Position numbers and translations under genes: made by a program
In this document: positions 23,457-32,292 of the stretch, one piece after another
Numbering within the stretch: the stretch's first letter is position 1
How the letters are laid out: each line of letters begins with the position of its first letter
Notes under the pieces: model-generated
Databases searched by the model: none
Seen by the model: only the letters and a program-made list of their open reading frames with translations
Told to the model about the DNA's origin: nothing
DNA from: Azolla caroliniana
Lineage: Eukaryota > Plantae > Polypodiophyta
NCBI GenBank assembly: GCA_043228905.1
Contig: JBHGNT010000350.1
Span: forward strand, 1 to 32,292
Length of the DNA stretch: 32,292 nucleotides
Direction: 5' to 3'

Positions 23457-23912
23457 GACAGTGCCCTGCGTTCCGAGGTACTAATGCTACACGAACCTAC
23501 ACAAAAATGCCCTACGAGGACAACTAATATCGAGGGACCCACCACGTCACCGTCCCAACCGCACGCGCGACGGGCGCCGGCGAAGGCTAAGGCTAAGGCT
23601 AAGGCTTTGGATCCTAGAGAAGGACTATATATATATCCCCTGCCCGGATTCGAACCTCGCCACTCATGCCCACCCCATAAAGCCTCTTACGCCCTCTCCT
23701 TGATCCGGACGACACTCTTTAACCCACACCGAATGACAATGCCCCTCGACGCTTCACCCTTCCTATGCTCTCGTCCGCCTCTACGAAAGCCAAGAGGCCC
23801 ACGCGCACGGGAACGGCTCGGGCGGGAAAAGAACGCAACCCATGCCCGGGACTTCCCGGGAGGTCACCCATCCCAGTACTGTGCACGAAAAGAAGACGAC
23901 TCGAAGCAAAAA

Positions 23913-24031
23913 GGGTGCAGCACCAGGACTTCCCGGGAGGTCACCCATCCCAGTACTGTTCTGGCCCAAGCGCGCTTAACTGCGGAGTTCTGATGGGATC
24001 CGGTGTATTAGCGCTGGTATGACCGCACCAC
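23913..24031 (-). rRNA. 5S rRNA: 5S rRNA copy 42
   Basis: Repeat of copy 1. Confidence 0.97.
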
Positions 24032-24487
24032 GACAGTGCCCTGCGTTCCGAGGTACTAATGCTACACGAACCTACACAAAAATGCCCTACGAGGACAACT
24101 AATATCGAGGGACCCACCACGTCACCGTCCCAACCGCACGCGCGACGGGCGCCGGCGAAGGCTAAGGCTAAGGCTAAGGCTTTGGATCCTAGAGAAGGAC
24201 TATATATATATCCCCTGCCCGGATTCGAACCTCGCCACTCATGCCCACCCCATAAAGCCTCTTACGCCCTCTCCTTGATCCGGACGACACTCTTTAACCC
24301 ACACCGAATGACAATGCCCCTCGACGCTTCACCCTTCCTATGCTCTCGTCCGCCTCTACGAAAGCCAAGAGGCCCACGCGCACGGGAACGGCTCGGGCGG
24401 GAAAAGAACGCAACCCATGCCCGGGACTTCCCGGGAGGTCACCCATCCCAGTACTGTGCACGAAAAGAAGACGACTCGAAGCAAAAA

Positions 24488-24606
24488 GGGTGCAGCACCA
24501 GGACTTCCCGGGAGGTCACCCATCCCAGTACTGTTCTGGCCCAAGCGCGCTTAACTGCGGAGTTCTGATGGGATCCGGTGTATTAGCGCTGGTATGACCG
24601 CACCAC
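24488..24606 (-). rRNA. 5S rRNA: 5S rRNA copy 43
   Basis: Repeat of copy 1. Confidence 0.97.
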
Positions 24607-25062
24607 GACAGTGCCCTGCGTTCCGAGGTACTAATGCTACACGAACCTACACAAAAATGCCCTACGAGGACAACTAATATCGAGGGACCCACCACGTCAC
24701 CGTCCCAACCGCACGCGCGACGGGCGCCGGCGAAGGCTAAGGCTAAGGCTAAGGCTTTGGATCCTAGAGAAGGACTATATATATATCCCCTGCCCGGATT
24801 CGAACCTCGCCACTCATGCCCACCCCATAAAGCCTCTTACGCCCTCTCCTTGATCCGGACGACACTCTTTAACCCACACCGAATGACAATGCCCCTCGAC
24901 GCTTCACCCTTCCTATGCTCTCGTCCGCCTCTACGAAAGCCAAGAGGCCCACGCGCACGGGAACGGCTCGGGCGGGAAAAGAACGCAACCCATGCCCGGG
25001 ACTTCCCGGGAGGTCACCCATCCCAGTACTGTGCACGAAAAGAAGACGACTCGAAGCAAAAA

Positions 25063-25181
25063 GGGTGCAGCACCAGGACTTCCCGGGAGGTCACCCATCC
25101 CAGTACTGTTCTGGCCCAAGCGCGCTTAACTGCGGAGTTCTGATGGGATCCGGTGTATTAGCGCTGGTATGACCGCACCAC
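25063..25181 (-). rRNA. 5S rRNA: 5S rRNA copy 44
   Basis: Repeat of copy 1. Confidence 0.97.
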
Positions 25182-25637
25182 GACAGTGCCCTGCGTTCCG
25201 AGGTACTAATGCTACACGAACCTACACAAAAATGCCCTACGAGGACAACTAATATCGAGGGACCCACCACGTCACCGTCCCAACCGCACGCGCGACGGGC
25301 GCCGGCGAAGGCTAAGGCTAAGGCTAAGGCTTTGGATCCTAGAGAAGGACTATATATATATCCCCTGCCCGGATTCGAACCTCGCCACTCATGCCCACCC
25401 CATAAAGCCTCTTACGCCCTCTCCTTGATCCGGACGACACTCTTTAACCCACACCGAATGACAATGCCCCTCGACGCTTCACCCTTCCTATGCTCTCGTC
25501 CGCCTCTACGAAAGCCAAGAGGCCCACGCGCACGGGAACGGCTCGGGCGGGAAAAGAACGCAACCCATGCCCGGGACTTCCCGGGAGGTCACCCATCCCA
25601 GTACTGTGCACGAAAAGAAGACGACTCGAAGCAAAAA

Positions 25638-25756
25638 GGGTGCAGCACCAGGACTTCCCGGGAGGTCACCCATCCCAGTACTGTTCTGGCCCAAGCGCGC
25701 TTAACTGCGGAGTTCTGATGGGATCCGGTGTATTAGCGCTGGTATGACCACACCAC
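25638..25756 (-). rRNA. 5S rRNA: 5S rRNA copy 45 (C7U, SNP at 25750)
   Basis: Repeat of copy 1; atgaccacacc instead of atgaccgcacc. Confidence 0.96.
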
Positions 25757-26212
25757 GACAGTGCCCTGCGTTCCGAGGTACTAATGCTACACGAACCTAC
25801 ACAAAAATGCCCTACGAGGACAACTAATATCGAGGGACCCACCACGTCACCGTCCCAACCGCACGCGCGACGGGCGCCGGCGAAGGCTAAGGCTAAGGCT
25901 AAGGCTTTGGATCCTAGAGAAGGACTACATATATATCCCCTGCCCGGATTCGAACCTCGCCACTCATGCCCACCCCATAAAGCCTCTTACGCCCTCTCCT
26001 TGATCCGGACGACACTCTTTAACCCACACCGAATGACAATGCCCCTCGACGCTTCACCCTTCCTATGCTCTCGTCCGCCTCTACGAAAGCCAAGAGGCCC
26101 ACGCGCACGGGAACGGCTCGGGCGGGAAAAGAACGCAACCCATGCCCGGGACTTCCCGGGAGGTCACCCATCCCAGTACTGTGCACGAAAAGAAGACGAC
26201 TCGAAGCAAAAA

Positions 26213-26331
26213 GGGTGCAGCACAGGGACTTCCCGGGAGGTCACCCATCCCAGTACTGTTCTGGCCCAAGCGCGCTTAACTGCGGAGTTCTGATGGGATC
26301 CGGTGTATTAGCGCTGGTATGACCGCACCAC
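26213..26331 (-). rRNA. 5S rRNA: 5S rRNA copy 46 (CAGGG variant)
   Basis: Repeat of copy 1. Confidence 0.96.
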
Positions 26332-26787
26332 GACAGTGCCCTGCGTTCCGAGGTACTAATGCTACACGAACCTACACAAAAATGCCCTACGAGGACAACT
26401 AATATCGAGGGACCCACCACGTCACCGTCCCAACCGCACGCGCGACGGGCGCCGGCGAAGGCTAAGGCTAAGGCTAAGGCTTTGGATCCTAGAGAAGGAC
26501 TATATATATATCCCCTGCCCGGATTCGAACCTCGCCACTCATGCCCACCCCATAAAGCCTCTTACGCCCTCTCCTTGATCCGGACGACACTCTTTAACCC
26601 ACACCGAATGACAATGCCCCTCGACGCTTCACCCTTCCTATGCTCTCGTCCGCCTCTACGAAAGCCAAGAGGCCCACGCGCACGGGAACGGCTCGGGCGG
26701 GAAAAGAACGCAACCCATGCCCGGGACTTCCCGGGAGGTCACCCATCCCAGTACTGTGCACGAAAAGAAGACGACTCGAAGCAAAAA

Positions 26788-26906
26788 GGGTGCAGCACCA
26801 GGACTTCCCGGGAGGTCACCCATCCCAGTACTGTTCTGGCCCAAGCGCGCTTAACTGCGGAGTTCTGATGGGATCCGGTGTATTAGCGCTGGTATGACCG
26901 CACCAC
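26788..26906 (-). rRNA. 5S rRNA: 5S rRNA copy 47
   Basis: Repeat of copy 1. Confidence 0.97.
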
Positions 26907-27362
26907 GACAGTGCCCTGCGTTCCGAGGTACTAATGCTACACGAACCTACACAAAAATGCCCTACGAGGACAACTAATATCGAGGGACCCACCACGTCAC
27001 CGTCCCAACCGCACGCGCGACGGGCGCCGGCGAAGGCTAAGGCTAAGGCTAAGGCTTTGGATCCTAGAGAAGGACTATATATATATCCCCTGCCCGGATT
27101 CGAACCTCGCCACTCATGCCCACCCCATAAAGCCTCTTACGCCCTCTCCTTGATCCGGACGACACTCTTTAACCCACACCGAATGACAATGCCCCTCGAC
27201 GCTTCACCCTTCCTATGCTCTCGTCCGCCTCTACGAAAGCCAAGAGGCCCACGCGCACGGGAACGGCTCGGGCGGGAAAAGAACGCAACCCATGCCCGGG
27301 ACTTCCCGGGAGGTCACCCATCCCAGTACTGTGCACGAAAAGAAGACGACTCGAAGCAAAAA

Positions 27363-27481
27363 GGGTGCAGCACAGGGACTTCCCGGGAGGTCACCCATCC
27401 CAGTACTGTTCTGGCCCAAGCGCGCTTAACTGCGGAGTTCTGATGGGATCCGGTGTATTAGCGCTGGTATGACCGCACCAC
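27363..27481 (-). rRNA. 5S rRNA: 5S rRNA copy 48 (CAGGG variant)
   Basis: Repeat of copy 1. Confidence 0.96.
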
Positions 27482-27937
27482 GACAGTGCCCTGCGTTCCG
27501 AGGTACTAATGCTACACGAACCTACACAAAAATGCCCTACGAGGACAACTAATATCGAGGGACCCACCACGTCACCGTCCCAACCGCACGCGCGACGGGC
27601 GCCGGCGAAGGCTAAGGCTAAGGCTAAGGCTTTGGATCCTAGAGAAGGACTATATATATATCCCCTGCCCGGATTCGAACCTCGCCACTCATGCCCACCC
27701 CATAAAGCCTCTTACGCCCTCTCCTTGATCCGGACGACACTCTTTAACCCACACCGAATGACAATGCCCCTCGACGCTTCACCCTTCCTATGCTCTCGTC
27801 CGCCTCTACGAAAGCCAAGAGGCCCACGCGCACGGGAACGGCTCGGGCGGGAAAAGAACGCAACCCATGCCCGGGACTTCCCGGGAGGTCACCCATCCCA
27901 GTACTGTGCACGAAAAGAAGACGACTCGAAGCAAAAA

Positions 27938-28056
27938 GGGTGCAGCACAGGGACTTCCCGGGAGGTCACCCATCCCAGTACTGTTCTGGCCCAAGCGCGC
28001 TTAACTGCGGAGTTCTGATGGGATCCGGTGTATTAGCGCTGGTATGACCGCACCAC
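27938..28056 (-). rRNA. 5S rRNA: 5S rRNA copy 49 (CAGGG variant)
   Basis: Repeat of copy 1. Confidence 0.96.
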
Positions 28057-28512
28057 GACAGTGCCCTGCGTTCCGAGGTACTAATGCTACACGAACCTAC
28101 ACAAAAATGCCCTACGAGGACAACTAATATCGAGGGACCCACCACGTCACCGTCCCAACCGCACGCGCGACGGGCGCCGGCGAAGGCTAAGGCTAAGGCT
28201 AAGGCTTTGGATCCTAGAGAAGGACTATATATATATCCCCTGCCCGGATTCGAACCTCGCCACTCATGCCCACCCCATAAAGCCTCTTACGCCCTCTCCT
28301 TGATCCGGACGACACTCTTTAACCCACACCGAATGACAATGCCCCTCGACGCTTCACCCTTCCTATGCTCTCGTCCGCCTCTACGAAAGCCAAGAGGCCC
28401 ACGCGCACGGGAACGGCTCGGGCGGGAAAAGAACGCAACCCATGCCCGGGACTTCCCGGGAGGTCACCCATCCCAGTACTGTGCACGAAAAGAAGACGAC
28501 TCGAAGCAAAAA

Positions 28513-28631
28513 GGGTGCAGCACCAGGACTTCCCGGGAGGTCACCCATCCCAGTACTGTTCTGGCCCAAGCGCGCTTAACTGCGGAGTTCTGATGGGATC
28601 CGGTGTATTAGCGCTGGTATGACCGCACCAC
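28513..28631 (-). rRNA. 5S rRNA: 5S rRNA copy 50
   Basis: Repeat of copy 1. Confidence 0.97.
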
Positions 28632-29087
28632 GACAGTGCCCTGCGTTCCGAGGTACTAATGCTACACGAACCTACACAAAAATGCCCTACGAGGACAACT
28701 AATATCGAGGGACCCACCACGTCACCGTCCCAACCGCACGCGCGACGGGCGCCGGCGAAGGCTAAGGCTAAGGCTAAGGCTTTGGATCCTAGAGAAGGAC
28801 TATATATATATCCCCTGCCCGGATTCGAACCTCGCCACTCATGCCCACCCCATAAAGCCTCTTACGCCCTCTCCTTGATCCGGACGACACTCTTTAACCC
28901 ACACCGAATGACAATGCCCCTCGACGCTTCACCCTTCCTATGCTCTCGTCCGCCTCTACGAAAGCCAAGAGGCCCACGCGCACGGGAACGGCTCGGGCGG
29001 GAAAAGAACGCAACCCATGCCCGGGACTTCCCGGGAGGTCACCCATCCCAGTACTGTGCACGAAAAGAAGACGACTCGAAGCAAAAA

Positions 29088-29206
29088 GGGTGCAGCACCA
29101 GGACTTCCCGGGAGGTCACCCATCCCAGTACTGTTCTGGCCCAAGCGCGCTTAACTGCGGAGTTCTGATGGGATCCGGTGTATTAGCGCTGGTATGACCG
29201 CACCAC
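29088..29206 (-). rRNA. 5S rRNA: 5S rRNA copy 51
   Basis: Repeat of copy 1. Confidence 0.97.
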
Positions 29207-29662
29207 GACAGTGCCCTGCGTTCCGAGGTACTAATGCTACACGAACCTACACAAAAATGCCCTACGAGGACAACTAATATCGAGGGACCCACCACGTCAC
29301 CGTCCCAACCGCACGCGCGACGGGCGCCGGCGAAGGCTAAGGCTAAGGCTAAGGCTTTGGATCCTAGAGAAGGACTATATATATATCCCCTGCCCGGATT
29401 CGAACCTCGCCACTCATGCCCACCCCATAAAGCCTCTTACGCCCTCTCCTTGATCCGGACGACACTCTTTAACCCACACCGAATGACAATGCCCCTCGAC
29501 GCTTCACCCTTCCTATGCTCTCGTCCGCCTCTACGAAAGCCAAGAGGCCCACGCGCACGGGAACGGCTCGGGCGGGAAAAGAACGCAACCCATGCCCGGG
29601 ACTTCCCGGGAGGTCACCCATCCCAGTACTGTGCACGAAAAGAAGACGACTCGAAGCAAAAA

Positions 29663-29781
29663 GGGTGCAGCACCAGGACTTCCCGGGAGGTCACCCATCC
29701 CAGTACTGTTCTGGCCCAAGCGCGCTTAACTGCGGAGTTCTGATGGGATCCGGTGTATTAGCGCTGGTATGACCGCACCAC
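29663..29781 (-). rRNA. 5S rRNA: 5S rRNA copy 52
   Basis: Repeat of copy 1. Confidence 0.97.
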
Positions 29782-30237
29782 GACAGTGCCCTGCGTTCCG
29801 AGGTACTAATGCTACACGAACCTACACAAAAATGCCCTACGAGGACAACTAATATCGAGGGACCCACCACGTCACCGTCCCAACCGCACGCGCGACGGGC
29901 GCCGGCGAAGGCTAAGGCTAAGGCTAAGGCTTTGGATCCTAGAGAAGGACTATATATATATCCCCTGCCCGGATTCGAACCTCGCCACTCATGCCCACCC
30001 CATAAAGCCTCTTACGCCCTCTCCTTGATCCGGACGACACTCTTTAACCCACACCGAATGACAATGCCCCTCGACGCTTCACCCTTCCTATGCTCTCGTC
30101 CGCCTCTACGAAAGCCAAGAGGCCCACGCGCACGGGAACGGCTCGGGCGGGAAAAGAACGCAACCCATGCCCGGGACTTCCCGGGAGGTCACCCATCCCA
30201 GTACTGTGCACGAAAAGAAGACGACTCGAAGCAAAAA

Positions 30238-30356
30238 GGGTGCAGCACCAGGACTTCCCGGGAGGTCACCCATCCCAGTACTGTTCTGGCCCAAGCGCGC
30301 TTAACTGCGGAGTTCTGATGGGATCCGGTGTATTAGCGCTGGTATGACCGCACCAC
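30238..30356 (-). rRNA. 5S rRNA: 5S rRNA copy 53
   Basis: Repeat of copy 1. Confidence 0.97.
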
Positions 30357-30812
30357 GACAGTGCCCTGCGTTCCGAGGTACTAATGCTACACGAACCTAC
30401 ACAAAAATGCCCTACGAGGACAACTAATATCGAGGGACCCACCACGTCACCGTCCCAACCGCACGCGCGACGGGCGCCGGCGAAGGCTAAGGCTAAGGCT
30501 AAGGCTTTGGATCCTAGAGAAGGACTATATATATATCCCCTGCCCGGATTCGAACCTCGCCACTCATGCCCACCCCATAAAGCCTCTTACGCCCTCTCCT
30601 TGATCCGGACGACACTCTTTAACCCACACCGAATGACAATGCCCCTCGACGCTTCACCCTTCCTATGCTCTCGTCCGCCTCTACGAAAGCCAAGAGGCCC
30701 ACGCGCACGGGAACGGCTCGGGCGGGAAAAGAACGCAACCCATGCCCGGGACTTCCCGGGAGGTCACCCATCCCAGTACTGTGCACGAAAAGAAGACGAC
30801 TCGAAGCAAAAA

Positions 30813-30931
30813 GGGTGCAGCACCAGGACTTCCCGGGAGGTCACCCATCCCAATACTGTTCTGGCCCAAGCGCGCTTAACTGCGGAGTTCTGATGGGATC
30901 CGGTGTATTAGCGCTGGTATGACCGCACCAC
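30813..30931 (-). rRNA. 5S rRNA: 5S rRNA copy 54 (C79U, SNP at 30853)
   Basis: Repeat of copy 1; cccaatactg instead of cccagtactg. Confidence 0.96.
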
Positions 30932-31387
30932 GACAGTGCCCTGCGTTCCGAGGTACTAATGCTACACGAACCTACACAAAAATGCCCTACGAGGACAACT
31001 AATATCGAGGGACCCACCACGTCACCGTCCCAACCGCACGCGCGACGGGCGCCGGCGAAGGCTAAGGCTAAGGCTAAGGCTTTGGATCCTAGAGAAGGAC
31101 TATATATATATCCCCTGCCCGGATTCGAACCTCGCCACTCATGCCCACCCCATAAAGCCTCTTACGCCCTCTCCTTGATCCGGACGACACTCTTTAACCC
31201 ACACCGAATGACAATGCCCCTCGACGCTTCACCCTTCCTATGCTCTCGTCCGCCTCTACGAAAGCCAAGAGGCCCACGCGCACGGGAACGGCTCGGGCGG
31301 GAAAAGAACGCAACCCATGCCCGGGACTTCCCGGGAGGTCACCCATCCCAGTACTGTGCACGAAAAGAAGACGACTCGAAGCAAAAA

Positions 31388-31506
31388 GGGTGCAGCACCA
31401 GGACTTCCCGGGAGGTCACCCATCCCAGTACTGTTCTGGCCCAAGCGCGCTTAACTGCGGAGTTCTGATGGGATCCGGTGTATTAGCGCTGGTATGACCG
31501 CACCAC
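31388..31506 (-). rRNA. 5S rRNA: 5S rRNA copy 55
   Basis: Repeat of copy 1. Confidence 0.97.
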
Positions 31507-31962
31507 GACAGTGCCCTGCGTTCCGAGGTACTAATGCTACACGAACCTACACAAAAATGCCCTACGAGGACAACTAATATCGAGGGACCCACCACGTCAC
31601 CGTCCCAACCGCACGCGCGACGGGCGCCGGCGAAGGCTAAGGCTAAGGCTAAGGCTTTGGATCCTAGAGAAGGACTATATATATATCCCCTGCCCGGATT
31701 CGAACCTCGCCACTCATGCCCACCCCATAAAGCCTCTTACGCCCTCTCCTTGATCCGGACGACACTCTTTAACCCACACCGAATGACAATGCCCCTCGAC
31801 GCTTCACCCTTCCTATGCTCTCGTCCGCCTCTACGAAAGCCAAGAGGCCCACGCGCACGGGAACGGCTCGGGCGGGAAAAGAACGCAACCCATGCCCGGG
31901 ACTTCCCGGGAGGTCACCCATCCCAGTACTGTGCACGAAAAGAAGACGACTCGAAGCAAAAA

Positions 31963-32081
31963 GGGTGCAGCACAGGGACTTCCCGGGAGGTCACCCATCC
32001 CAGTACTGTTCTGGCCCAAGCGCGCTTAACTGCGGAGTTCTGATGGGATCCGGTGTATTAGCGCTGGTATGACCGCACCAC
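31963..32081 (-). rRNA. 5S rRNA: 5S rRNA copy 56 (CAGGG variant)
   Basis: Repeat of copy 1. Confidence 0.96.
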
Positions 32082-32292
32082 GACAGTGCCCTGCGTTCCG
32101 AGGTACTAATGCTACACGAACCTACACAAAAATGCCCTACGAGGACAACTAATATCGAGGGACCCACCACGTCACCGTCCCAACCGCACGCGCGACGGGC
32201 GCCGGCGAAGGCTAAGGCTAAGGCTAAGGCTTTGGATCCTAGAGAAGGACTATATATATATCCCCTGCCCGGATTCGAACCTCGCCACTCAT

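Larger units (their letters stand above)
1..32292 (-). repeat. 5S rDNA tandem array, 56 units of ~575 bp (119-nt gene + ~456-bp spacer); one 652-bp unit
   Basis: Sequence and shadow ORFs recur every 575 bp. Length 32292 = 56x575 + 77 (one expansion) - 5 (net 1-bp indels) + 20. Confidence 0.99.

Overview
The whole 32,292-bp window is one head-to-tail tandem array of land-plant nuclear 5S rDNA. It holds exactly 56 units of about 575 bp plus 20 bp, each with a ~119-nt 5S rRNA gene on the minus strand and a ~456-bp spacer. There is no 18S/5.8S/26S sequence and no credible protein-coding gene; the ORFs are shadows of the repeat. The 5S sequence (5'-GUGGUGCGGUCAUACCAGCGCUAAU...GGCCAGAACAGUACUGGGAUGGG...) is not angiosperm-type and, from memory, resembles horsetail (Equisetum) 5S. 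Unusual points: (i) every spacer carries a second copy of 5S nt 73-106 (C-box/helix IV), 77 bp downstream of the gene's own copy, followed by a degenerate 5S-like 3' tail and T4. (ii) One unit (about 18.8-19.4 kb) gained an extra 77-bp module, matching unequal exchange between these two copies. (iii) The spacer has a perfect tRNA-type B-box (GGTTCGAATCC) on the gene strand, inside a T4-free stretch that ends at a T5 just upstream of the next gene. (iv) A helix-V variant in 8 of 56 genes is confined to both window ends, and the first and last 20 bp of the window are identical.
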